From: Octopus bimaculoides
Lineage: Eukaryota
DNA: 64,000 nt
Direction: 5' to 3'
Assembly (NCBI RefSeq): GCF_001194135.2
Contig: NC_068985.1
Location: forward strand, 104,998,106 to 105,062,105
A model generated the notes under the pieces. It made no database searches. It was not told where the DNA came from and worked only from the letters and a program-made list of their open reading frames with translations. Shown here in pieces: positions 26,972 through 40,146 of this stretch. Numbering within the stretch: position 1 is the stretch's first letter; every line of letters begins with the position of its first letter. A program made the translations under genes and the position numbers.

Positions 26972-27914
26972 AGAAAAATTTCTAAAATTTTTTTGTAAAA
27001 GTATTAAGAATTTAATCAATATTTTCAAGACAATGTTTTAGCATCAAATATAAAAATGAACAAGACAAACAGAATAAGTGATAACTTGAAAGCTGCCTGC
27101 ATAGTATTAAAATATATACACTACATCACTTCCATAAAAGATTTAGCTATAAGCATTTCCCTATAACTAAAATGCATGAAAATGACACTCCAATAATAGG
27201 AATAATAAAATTTCAACATGGTGAGTTAAAAAGATTGACCATCATAGACCTAGAGCATGAGAGAAGAAAGCTACCTGACAACTGAGTGAAAATCATTCAA
27301 AGCTTTAGTGTGGGGAGAAAGTTTAAGATTTTGAAAATTTATTCCAGAGGTAAAAACCAACTGATATACAAATATTTCTGATTAGATCACTAATAAACTT
27401 CTTAAGACCACAATACCATCAAAGATCGAAATGATAAAGTGCTATATTACTTCCAGCTGAGAAAATGAAATACAAGCATTGTTATAGACAAGGAAGAATG
27501 CTATCTACCTTGGTAAGAGGCTTAAGATTAACCTTTTCACGACTAATCTGAGACTTATGGTCATAGATCACAAATCTGCACCATGCTACTCATAGTTATG
27601 CTTTCACATTTATATCAGAATATCAATGCAAGTCTTGTGCCTGAATTTTAGGGGACATTTTTTGTCTGCACTGTTACATTTTCTTAATTTTTTTGCACTT
27701 GAAACAATATTAACTTCATGTTCAGTGTAAGCAACTCCTCCAATTTTAAAAAAATTTTCTCAAGAAACAATAGTAACAAATGGAAGCTACAACAAGCATG
27801 GTAGCTGTAGAGCCAGAAACTTGAATTTCTGATAGAGTGAGCAACCTCAATGGCAATATTAAAAGCTAGAACAAAATTTTTCCCAAAAACATCAGATAGT
27901 GAAGGAGTTTTGTT

Positions 27915-28442
27915 GGTAGCCCACATAACAATCAAGGGGGTTGCAGAAATTGTCTGACAGCCATGACTGGGTTCTCCTGCTTGTGGCATGATGCAAAGTC
28001 CTGTTGCCAGACATAGGGTCTTCCAGCAGCCACCCTCTTGACACAGGGCAACACCTCTTCCAGGCACCTGATGTAGGCCTCCATGATGAATCTAAGGCTG
28101 TGTGGGAAGATTGGGAAGATGGAGGCATAACGTTGCCATCACTAGTAATCACTCCAAATACCATGATGCTGACTGGATGTTTGATTTTTATCACCCTTGG
28201 TACATGTCCTTAGACTGACACCCAAATAGTCTGAAATGTTCATATTGGAGCTTCTGACATGAATGCCAAGCAGTACAACATGCTTCCAAATTTCTAGCAG
28301 AGTGAATTGTGTCATGGTGCCATTTTTCTCAGACGGTGCCCAACTGACCCTACTATACTGTGTAGCCAACAAAATCAAAAATAAACGATGTGCATGAAAA
28401 TAAAAAAATGTAAAATGGTGACAATTTACCCATCGCACCCTG
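27915..28442 (-). mobile_element. Internally deleted Tc1/mariner-superfamily element
   Basis: 5' end TA|CAGGGTGCGATGGG at 28442; translations KHPVSIMVFGVITSDGNVMPP and RRTQSWLSDNFC...NPLD. Confidence 0.8.
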
Positions 28443-30887
28443 TATGTGTGTGTGTGTATATAAAATCACCCTACAGTTATATTTTCAAATGTTACTATTA
28501 TGCTGCTTTTAACCATCTTGATGGATGGCATGATCAAATTGGGTAAATCCAAACAAGCTCAACCAGGTAAATACTGTACAAGATGCATCAAATATTGAAA
28601 CTGTAGCAGACATTTATCAATATTGCTTGAATATGCTACCATATTCACAATTACCAATTTCTAGTTTGTTGCACTCTTCCTATGAGGGACTTCAACCCTA
28701 CACCTTTTTCCTGTACACTGCAATAGCCTCTATACCCTCCTTCAAATTCATGTAAATCAAGTGACAACTGATAAAAATATTTTTATGACTTTGTAAAGAA
28801 GTGGCACTTGTTTAATAATTATAACCTGAACATTGAGGAACTATATTATCATCAAGTAGTCAAATTACAAGAAACTTGTCGAATCACAATAGAGAGAGAG
28901 AGAAACAGAGAAGTTGTTTAAATTGGTCGGTTTAATTTAAAGAAAGTTCAATATACAGAAAATGCATTGGAAGAAATTTCATACAAAGTGTCCTGTGTAA
29001 AGTAAGAAAACATGTGAGATTTAATGGAATCACAGACAAATTGACAGAAAGTAGACTTTGTATACAACAGATGTACAGGAGCAGCAGTCAGCACATGTGA
29101 AACATTAGTGCAAGAGAAAAGACTACAATGATATAACATTATACATGAAAGATTGTAATATAAAGTATTGAAATCTGGATGAAATCTGTGGAAGAGAGAG
29201 AGAGAATCATAAAAAAAAAAGACAAAGGGCAAATAGCAATCTGTGGTGATGAAGACTCCCACTCATTCAAGTATAGCAAAACTTATGTAAAAGTGGTGGT
29301 GATGGAGGTTGGGAATGGTCTTGCATGACTATTCCCATCACTCATTGCTGATGTCTATCACTTTCTCACTTTCAGTCTATCCCATCATACCACACATGCT
29401 GCTTTCTATTCCATCTCCTTACTAATAACCAACATATCACTATCCCTTCCATTTTACTGCCTCTATTGCCTTCTTACTTGTTTATCTCTCCTTCCCTATG
29501 TCATTCACACTGCCAACATAGAGAAAAAGAGAACTCGATCTTGCTAAGGGCAAGATAACCTGTTATGTTGGTGCCAGAATGAAAAGCACACTGAAAAGCA
29601 ATTGGTACTTGGCAAGGTATCTCACTATAGAAACTGTCAACAATGGAATGTACAAGCAAAATGTGATTCTTCATTTGTCCAGAATGACAGTGACTAAACA
29701 AATGTCTGGGATGGTGAGAACACATCCAACACAAGCCAGCATAGAAAGCAGACATAGAATGACAAAATCTGATCAATCAAATCTAAATTTAAGTTAAATA
29801 CATTGAAGCATATTAAAAGTATGTACTTAGCATTCTAGTTCTATTAATATTTCCTTCATATTCAATAAGAGATAAACCTATATAAAATGACTAGAACATT
29901 GTAATCTGAAACAAATGAACCTAAGGCCTTATAATGCAATTCCCTTTGGTGCATTTTCAATACACTGTTCTAAATTTGGTCCAATTTATCCAGTCTTAAC
30001 ATAAGTTTGAACACTTACATCTTTCACTACATGTTACCCATATAATCTTGTGAAACTTATTTTAAAATAAAAACCCAACCAAATGAAAGTATGTTGCAAG
30101 AAATAGGTTGAAGCAATTTTAAGTCTACTCATTCTAGCCCAAGAATTCCTGACGTGCTCTTAAAAGAGTTTGTTCAACCAGGATCAGGTTTTAAATGCAA
30201 CTAAACCGGAGAGGCTCAAAACTACAATAATCTAGTTCCTGATTAAATACCCTTATTAAATGGGGTATCTTGAGCAATTTTCACAACATAACTAAGCATC
30301 TTTACACACTAACAGAACCAAGAAACATTACAAAATATCTTTACTTTTGAAAATATTACAATGGACTGTTAGCTAAATAATATTTTGAATAGAGAGAAGA
30401 AAAAAAAAATCTAAAATTGCCCAAAGAAACATGCATGCAGAAAATTTACTTCTCAATGCAGGGTAAGTATTCGATAAGTCTGGAATTTGAGAATCAATAT
30501 GTAAGGAAAAAAAGTGAACAAAAACAATGACTATTGAATGCAAAATGAATACAAACAAAAAATGTGAAGGGATTTCTGGTAAACAGAAGTAGAGCTTTGA
30601 ATCTAATTACATTTGACAATTTGACATGGAGTAAAAAGAAGGATGAAACTCATAGTTTTTCATTAAAATTTCTAGTGATAATATATCAAAAGGGAGTAAA
30701 GACTAACTGGAAAATGTGTGTTTAGTCTATTGTGGAAACAAAAATTGGCCAATTATACTGTGAAGCGAAGTCCTGAACATGAAATTTGAATAAGAAATGT
30801 TAATCTTCAGTCAGCATACATGCGAAAAAATATATATGCTTCAAGAAATAGATGGATCAAGCTAAGGAGAGAGAGAAAAAAACTCAC

Positions 30888-30978
30888 CAGTCAAAAATGG
30901 TATAAGCTCGGTCCGAGTTCTTTCCACACCAAGAGCCAATGCTATTGTAGATAACTTCTTAATGCTATTCAAACGAAG
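30888..30978 (-). CDS. PPP2R1A: PP2A-A coding exon 2 ([30 protein letters not shown])
   Basis: 91 nt, AG acceptor and GTGAG donor, phase 0 to 1; HEAT1 sequence. Confidence 0.97.
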
Positions 30979-33900
30979 CTAAAACAGAAAAACAAAAATA
31001 TCCTTTAAAAACATAAAACCAGTGAAAATGTAAAAGAAAACATTTCTGCACATTAGTTTAACATCAGAGGAAATGTTGGATTTGGTCTTCTTCCATACTG
31101 TATCATCTCTTAGGGCCCGATATTCAAATCTAACAGCGATTCTTAACTTAGTAGCACCTCAATGGAGGCTTAGGGGGTTAACAAGGAGGTAGCAAATGTT
31201 AAAGTGGTACTTGGGTGTTTAGGTGTGATTTTCTTCTGGGAAATTAAAGGAAAAAAAAAATTTTAAACATCTATACAACATGAGGACATTGTGAGCAAAA
31301 ACAAGATGATTTTGTGAAGAATTATGGTTTAAGCAACAAACACCCCTATTTTGGAAGTAAAATTGTTAGCATTTCCCCCCTGTACTTGGTTTATAAAGGA
31401 TTCAGTACATTTTAGTACAACTGTTAGTGAAGTACGATATAAATATACAAGGTAAACTGTTTGACAAAAAGAGAACCTGATCAAACAAACTAACCATTAG
31501 TTTTCGGAGTATAACATATTTACTTTTTTTTTAAAGACAGCCTAATACCGATGTTTGATTCATTAACACCAGTAATAAAGCTAATAGTATTTTTTAAATT
31601 AAGACGCAACATTCTTTGTTCTATACATCCTTGTCTTTAGTAATAATCATAAAAAAAAAAAAAAAGATTAACACAGGATGTAGTTTCAATGTAAATATCC
31701 AAAAGCACATACTGGATGGCATTGTATAAAATATGAATAAACCACTGAACAAAATTAAGATTTTTTTTCAGTGAATGGGAGCATTGAGCTACAAAAGGGT
31801 GAGAATCACTGATCAAACTAAACTTTAGACATCCTATTGTAATAACTGGTATTGTCCATAAGTAAAAATTATATTGCAAGGAATTTATATATATAAAAAA
31901 AATTACATATGCTCTAATTCCATCAAATGATTTTGAATATTTCTAGAATGATGAATTAATTTTTAAAAATTGAGCCTAACAATATAGACAATTTGCCCTA
32001 GATAACTTACATTTAAGCAATCTTTCCTTTAATTCAAGAAGGGATGGAAGCAGTAAATGGTTTAAAGTACAATGAAGCTTTTGCAATCAATTCACAAGCA
32101 GCATACCTGAGTTTGTTGCAACTACGAAGAGAAAACTGATTAGTATACAATTAAAAATTCCTTGCAGCTGATCTTTTTCACATTTTGCCAATTTAATTTT
32201 TTAATGTAATTAATAGGCACTTAAAAAAAAAAACTGAAGATCATTTTAATCTCATAAAAAGAGTTGAAAGAACTAATAAACTGTTGATTTTCAACTCCAT
32301 TTTCTTTACTGTGCAAGATTACAAAGGACAAAAAAGAAACCTCATTGCATGCAATACAGAAAGGAAGACTACCAGACACTCCACTGTACAAGGATGGGCT
32401 GAAAAGTTATGGTAGAGCTGTAAAATTTTGTATGCATTAGTTTCAACTCTTCTTAATAACTGCAGTTTCTTTCTAGATAAACTGACATCTGCCTGTGTAA
32501 TGAAGACTACAAAAGCAACTAGTAACAACTTCTCTTAAAAATGGACAAAGTCTGGCATTGTTATGTTATCAAGTACCTGCAGAAAAAGGGTCTAACTGCC
32601 AAGGACAAACATGTCAACTTAGTTACTACAATCCAGTTTTAGCAACGGTGCAAAAGTGGGCAGCTGAATTCAAGAGAGAGTCTTGAAGATGACCCAACAT
32701 CTGGATGTCTTGCAACTGCTGCTAAGAATAACATCATGTTCACCACATGGTGATGGAGAATAGGCGATTAACTATAAATCAAACAACCAATGCTATTAGC
32801 ACATCCCACAACAGAGTTAAGAATATTCTGAACTGATGACAAGAGTTTCTGCATTCAAGTTACTGAGTCTAATGTATTGCTTATGTAGTCACATTGTTGG
32901 CATTAGAAACCATGCCAAAGCTGACATTGGAGCTCAGTGTGGTATTGTGGCTGGCCAGTTCCTGTCAAACAGTCTAACCCATGTCAGCATGGAAAACAAA
33001 CACTAAATGGTGATGAGTGTTTTGAATTAATTATACATTGTCATGTAGCTTCAATATTTCGACAATGTGATTGTTTAGTTTTAGAATAATATGGTAGGAT
33101 GACTATGAGAGGGAAGACTAGGCCAGTTTTAACTTAAGAGCAGAATATTTAGGTCCGATATCGTTGGTTTAAATGCAAAAGAGTTAAACCATTTTAACTA
33201 GCTGAATCGAATAAAAGAGTAAAGAAAGAAGTATTTGAAAAGTTATATTTCAAATCCTGAAAGTTTCTGATATCATGTATTATCTAATCATTCCTTGTTT
33301 ATTCATTGGCTCTTTGAAACAAAAGCTTTATTCAAACAAATGACAATTTCTTCCCAACATTCTTATCAGTGAAATACATTGTGTTTTGACATTTGAGTTG
33401 AAACCTGTAGGGTAAATATGAAATAGCCAACAATAGCCAAGATAAACAAATGATCTATTCTTATTCAAATGTACTAAGTTTCTCAGAAAGGATATCAACA
33501 GTCAAGGAGATGAAAACAGTGTTCAAATGAAGTGTTAATACTATCATGTCAATATGATTTTAAGTTATGCTGACACATTTGATATAACTTTTCTAAGATT
33601 AAAAAATAAATATATAAAGAGCTGAGATAGAACTTCATATTTTTTAAAATATGTTTTCCATATTTCCATTTTGCAGCATGGAAGGTCAGCATATAAGAAA
33701 AATTTTGAACAGTCAAGTGCATAATAATACAGGTACATTAAACACAGTTACAAACACTGCACTGTGCAATTAATGCTTTGCAGAAAATAAGTGTTATTCT
33801 ACATTTTGATGTGGAAAGCATCCATCTGGAACTGGAGAATAACAATTGTTACAGCAACATATATACAATTTGAAATACCTTACCAAAGCTAACAGGAAAA

Positions 33901-35029
33901 GCTAATGTTATACAAATGCATGAAATGATCAGTCATTTTCAGAAACAGTTCTCTGCGTCTGCTTCATTTGAGGATACCAGAAAAAAATCTTGACATACAA
34001 AATCAAGCTGGACAGTGGCCAGCATCAGAATGTGCAGTATAATCTCAACTAAATAGAGATATGGTAGATTTGAAGCTATGGATCATAGCTAGTTATTCAA
34101 CCACCTCAGGTCTGTTTGACCAGGGATAAACCTGAGGTTACAAACAAAATGTAATTTCCATAATTTGTAGCTAGTAGATTGCAACGAATGAGATCAATAA
34201 GAATTGAATGGCTGACTTTTGTAATCAAGAATAATATCGTTTGAGGAAGAGTTTTTCGTAATATTTTTTTCTATGTAGCTTTCCAATTTATTATAGTTAT
34301 TTCAGTTATATTTAAAATGCAAGTAAAATTAAAATTTTGGCCTTGCAAACTACGTAAGCAAATATGTCAAATGGGGGTGGAGGAACAGCCTTTTCTGATA
34401 GAGCTATAAAATAGGAGTTAAATATAAAGCCACTATTTACAATGAAGGGAAATGCGCAAGTCCAATGCCCATGCTTTTCTCAAATGTAAATATTCATAAA
34501 AAAACAATCAAAGCCATGGTAAGTTTCTTGCTCTCAGGCACTTATTTCTAAATTCCAATGCTTAATATTTATAAATACTTGGACCAATTAATAGTCATTT
34601 TTGTCTTATCACCAAGAAATACATGCATGTATATGCAGGATTCAAGGGTCTTCAGATTTATCACTTATTTCCACCTGTTGAACAAGTAATATAACTTCAT
34701 CAGATGTTACATCCAACAGTCTTATGCAAGAAATTTTATCCCATCCATTCAAGTCATGAACCAATTGAGCTTTGGTGTTTGTTTTTTTTAATACTTACTG
34801 GGCATGGCAGAAAAGACAGTAACTATAGCCTTTGCAAGCTCTCCAAGATTTGTGAAACTGATGCCATTAATGTTCTACTTAAATTATTGCAAGTTCACAC
34901 TTACAAGAAAGGGAATTCTAGAAGGTTGATATTCTGAGAAGGACTGGATTTAGTGGTTAATGCTGAGCTAGGAGGATTGGACAGAACATGGGCAATGAGA
35001 AATGTGCAATTTGGGAGTGTCTGAGTAGA

Positions 35030-35480
35030 GGTGACACTACTCAGTTTGAGGAGCTGGAGTTATAAATATATATAGGGGTATATAGTGTAATAGAAAAGAT
35101 AGAAACAGCATTTCAGTTGGTCAGAAGCTGGTGCATGAGAGTGAACTTACGCCAGAGGTCTTTCTCTGGATGCAGTCTAAGATAGTACTGTACCAAATGT
35201 GGGGACAACAGAGGATGTCTGAACTTTGAAGAGTGTCAGTAATTCCTGGGGTCTGAATTATTTTTTTTTTGACTGTGAAAAGAAGGGCCAGTCTTTTCGA
35301 TACAGACTTAACTACATAAGGATGTGCTTTTTCTATTAAAGAAACTTGGAGATAGCAAGGGCTTAGTTGCATGCTACTTTCCTGATATGGTGTTTGTGTT
35401 TGCTGTTGAAAGAAAAAGTTAGTATGTCCCCATAATTTCTCAGTGTTCATGGAATTAGGACAGAAACCTATCATCTACAT
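35030..35480 (-). mobile_element. Decayed CR1/L2-type LINE fragment
   Basis: VKSVSKRLALLFTVKK and CPHIWYSTILDCIQRK motifs; same type as 16640-17060. Confidence 0.6.
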
Positions 35481-35914
35481 AAACATGGATGTTGTTGGAT
35501 ATGATGGCAAATAGAACACTGAAACTTATGCCTTGTAATAAGCATTTCTAATTTAGGTACAATGTCAACAATTTTGAGGAGAGGGGTTTAGCCAATATCA
35601 TCAACCTCAGTACATCATTTAACACTTGCCTTCCATGCTGGAATGGGTTAGACAGTTTGACAGAATTCATTGAACTGTACTAACTACATTAGCACAGTTT
35701 CTAGGGCTTGATGTCTTTCCTCATGCCAACCACTTTATAGCATATACCAGGTGTTCTTTTCTGACACTAACACAAGTGAAGGTTGTCAAGCAACTAGTGA
35801 GAAGTCTTCTGGGGGGGGGGGAGTACATGTAAGAGAGCCAAGTGAGTCAGCCTTCATATATAAAAAATTTGACATCCACCAGCAGAGTAAACCAGTGAAA
35901 GCTTGTTGCATATA

Positions 35915-36460
35915 CAGGGTGTCCCAAAAAGATGTACTCACTCTTTGACAGACGGTTACTAATGTATTGTTTTTTGTGATGTACGGGCTTACCTCAATGC
36001 AACAAATCCAAACAAATGGATTGAGAGGAGAGGTAGCATTGAATTTCCTGCACGTTCCCCAGACCTCATGCCAATGGATTATTTTTATGGGGACATCTCA
36101 AAGATAAGGTTTACGCTGCAAAACCAGTGACAATTGATGATTTGAAAAAGGAAATTCGAATACAATGTCTTGCAATTCCAAATGAAATGTTTCGCAATGT
36201 TGTTGAATCCATTGTTGAACGTTATCAGCTTTGTTTGGAAAATGAAGGAAGGCAGTTTGAACATTTGCGAACATGCAGGAATGAGAGAGAAGATTAAATA
36301 ATTCTAAATGACAATAAATAATCGTTTCTACAATAATTTATTTTCCTGAATTTAATTTAACTTTTTAAGATTGTATGTATATCAATAAACATCAACTTGA
36401 ACACAAAATGCATGAGTACTGGGAAGTCAAAGAGTGAGTACATCTTTATGGGACACCCTC
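35915..36460 (+). mobile_element. Non-autonomous Tc1/mariner element, 546 bp, intact TIRs
   Basis: 35-bp TIRs (35915-35949 and 36426-36460, 2 mismatches) flanked by TA. Interior encodes FPARSPDLMPMDY...WGHLKDKVY...GRQFEHL. Confidence 0.93.
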
Positions 36461-38862
36461 TATATATATCGTTTTAACGTTCACTTTTCCATACATTCAT
36501 TGTCAGATGGAATCGCTGAGGAAGATTTTCTACAACTAGATTCCCTTCCTGTCCCCTACTCTAGTTTCCAAGCAAAGTACTTTTTCTTCAGGGTCTGGCA
36601 AGATTGGAAAGGAACATCACTTGTATAAGTAGGACTACCGATCGTTTACAACTAATGTGCAATGTCAAGGCGAGACACACATACGACAGGTTTCTTCGAG
36701 TTTCCTTCGACAAACCTACTCACAAGGCTATAGTAGAAGCCAATTGTCATATATTACGCATACTATATATATATACATACATACACACACACATATATAT
36801 ACATACATACACACACACACACATATATATATATATGGCTGAAACTGAAAGTACAAATAGTTTTGACACGCTAGAATACACAATTACAAATCAGAAAACG
36901 AAATAGTCTTTTAAAGATTAATAGTAGGAGAGAGAAAAAAAAAGAGGCTGGGTCATTCAGAAAAAGAATAAGAATGGAAACTAGTTCAGCTGACATAATT
37001 GAAATGAAAACGGAAGTAAGATAGCGGACAAATCCTTACAAAGGACCACAAAACCTATCAAGTTTGAAAAATAAAATAAAGAACACTAAATTCTGTAATA
37101 CTGAAAATTTAGAGTTGTAAAAAAAAAAAGCCATTTATTAAACCTCTTTCGTTGCGAATTGATTGTAGCATTTCAGATGCGTCGCCGGGACTGTAGAATT
37201 AGCATTCCAAAATCTAATGAGATTTCAGGTATATCTTACAGAATATTAATTTTCCTACGATTTGAAACTAAATAGATATGAGAGAAATCTTCATACTCCG
37301 CCTTTTCTTTCAAACTTGAACTCTACAATTCAAATTAAACCCCAAAATGTGAAATTGAGTTAATGACGTGGAATGGCTCCAAACAAAATTTGAAACCGGG
37401 TTGGAGATTTCGTTCACAGGGACCGTACAACTACATTGTTGCATCTTTAATAAAATGACAACGATAGCAGTAGCATTAACAAAATGCCATAACTAATTTA
37501 GATAAAAATACTGAAATTCTTTATGTACACACATATCACATACGATACAAAAAAAAAAAAGGCGTTTTGACTTAACATTAAATGACGTGATAAACTTTAA
37601 TAGAAAATGACGCCTTAAAATATCATTTAGAATTTAAGAGGTAGTGCAAACCATAAAATAGAGTGACTTAATGAGAAAGTCATAAGATATTGATTAATGT
37701 GAGTTGGATGTGACCAAGACGTAGTTCGTCTTCCTTCGAAGCATTTTCATAAAAAAAAAAGCAGCAAAAAAGAAATAGTATGTCATATCCATTCTTAATA
37801 TTACAACGGTCTAGTTGGAGTTAAGATTAAAATTTTAGAATTCCAGTCAAGGAATTCTTCCAACGCCCCCCACTTAAAAAAAAAAACTTTTTAAAGATAA
37901 TCTACAGAAAGGCAAATATTATATTATATTCCAAAATATGTGCGTAACAACACCGAGTTTGTAAATATTTCATTCGGTTAAAGAAAAAAAAAAGAGGGTA
38001 AAAACGGCAGTAATAAATAAAAAATCATTTCGCTCCGAATTAAGTTATTTAAACTCAAATTTTTTTCCAGAAAGTCTGGCAATGACGTTATCTAACAAAC
38101 ATATAGATCGGTAAATAAAATACGCTGTAATAGTGATAGGAATTTGACACTTTTACTCTGATCAAGCGTAAATGAAAAGTGGAATTAAAAACAGATGACC
38201 TGCTAGTTAAATGATGGTATGATAGTCAAAAGATACAACAAAATGAGAGAACCGTTGTATTTATGAAGTGTTTTTCGATATTTTACACGAGTGGTTAAAC
38301 AGAAAGTAAAAAAAAAAAAGTTGCCATATTCCAACTAATCTTACTTAAAATTATAATCTACGTTGAAGAAGGCCCCTCCAAATATCTTACTTTTAATTAA
38401 CATTAGTCATAGTAAGGCAATAGAAGGGTCAGAGTAAGGCAATAGAAGTATAATTAGAAATTAAATTAGTTTATGGGATGAGAACAGGAAAAATTGAAAG
38501 CTATGAGCAACTATGGTCACGGGAAATACCTACATCAATATACATACATATGTATACACACATATGAAGTCTTGTAAGCCGCAATGGTACACTAAATACA
38601 ACTACATATCGGAATTATTTCGTGATTTAATATCATATTATCTAAATAAAATTAAATGCTAAATTGGTTCGATGGGGTGAAAGTAAAAGGTGAATTTCGA
38701 AGTCTTAAAAGACGACACACAAGTTGTGGACGGTTTCAGAGTCGACGGGCGGTTAAGGGAAACGATAAATAGTGACCGGTTCATATAAAACAACGATCAA
38801 TTTACACAATGTTGTTTGCTTTAAATATAAAAAAATTGACAAAGATGAGGGAAAACATATAC

Positions 38863-38943
38863 CTGAACATCTTCATTTCTTAATTCATCAATTAAAACAG
38901 CAATCGGGTACAAGGATTCATCACTCTGTTCACTGGTCGCCAT
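38863..38943 (-). CDS. PPP2R1A: PP2A 65-kDa scaffold subunit A, first coding exon (MATSEQSDESLYPIAVLIDELRNEDVQ)
   Basis: ATG at 38943-38941. Translation matches the PP2A-A N-terminus (SLYPIAVLIDELRNEDVQ). Ends CAG|GTATAT, phase 0. Confidence 0.97.
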
Positions 38944-39907
38944 TTTCTTGTATTCTTTTTCATACCCATGCATTTTTATACAAACGAGATTTAATTTTGC
39001 TGTCGGTAATTTTGCAAAATTAACTCATTAAAATACCAAGAGACTATTTTTGAAAAATAATTTGATAACTATAGTTTTATTTTTTGTTGAAACAAATATT
39101 TGGTATTCATAAATCCATTAAAAATAAAACAACTTTGTGTACGAGAGTACTTATTGCTATGTTAATGAATGACTGGATTATTTTTTTTTTCCCCCCACTT
39201 TCTTCACCGCATTTTAAAAATTTTCTGTTGCAATGCAATATTTTTTAAAGATATTATTCGACAAAGCTACATTATAGGGGAGTTGCAACAAACCACTTTG
39301 TCATCTTAATGACAATGAAATTAATGAAGTTGATGTAGAGACTAAATTTATGACTTTATGCTAATAAGAGATGACGTCATTTTTAAATTGCCAAAGCCAT
39401 CATGTTACGTAGGAATATTCGTGTTTAACTTATCAAGTGTTTGAAGATATTAAATAAATTTTTACGTGTCTCTTAAATATTCTGTACAAAATTTAGCCAT
39501 ACAATCTATTATTGCTACGGATATACACATTAAAAAAAAACAAACAAACTCCGTTATCCAAACTTTCGAATATCTAATGATAAACTCTTTATGAATCGGG
39601 TTTTTTTTGTCATAATTTTTACTCTCATATGCTACCACCTAAAAATACTTACATTTAGTAGTTTTTCGTCTAAGTGAGAATGCCTAAAATTTAGTAAGAA
39701 AAACAGCAATATATATAACGAAAACAGTTGAGAAACAAGGGACGTGTGATATATTTGCTTTTTTAAAAATTACATTGAATTAGGAAACTAACACAGTTTC
39801 GTAGGTGCGTTGGAAAACTAGAAATATCGCTATTATACCATGGTCAGCGATTCATTTTTATAATGTGAAGTGAAATTGTAATTCTTTCTCGTATAATAAT
39901 AACCTTA

Positions 39908-40146
39908 AATCGAAACCGCGACACCGTTTCCACTCGCCGGTAGCTTACCTTTCTTACATGACAGTTACCAGAGACTTGGGCAATTAATTTACTTCTAAGA
40001 TTTTAAGCTATAAATTTGAAAATGAAAATAATAAGACATGATGTTCACAAGAATATTAGCGTTTTTCGTAAAGTAAATTAACTTACACTAAGAATCGAAA
40101 CCGGTTCGCGGGCTCAATCCGGAAGCTTACCTCACGCTTAATGGCG
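39908..40146 (-). promoter_or_regulatory. Putative PP2A-A promoter and non-coding first exon(s)
   Basis: CpG-rich island about 1 kb upstream of the ATG. Strong donors GAG|GTAAGC (40131) and AAG|GTAAGC (39949); YY1-like CGCCATTAA at 40146-40138; ETS-like CCGGAAG at 40119-40125. Confidence 0.55.
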
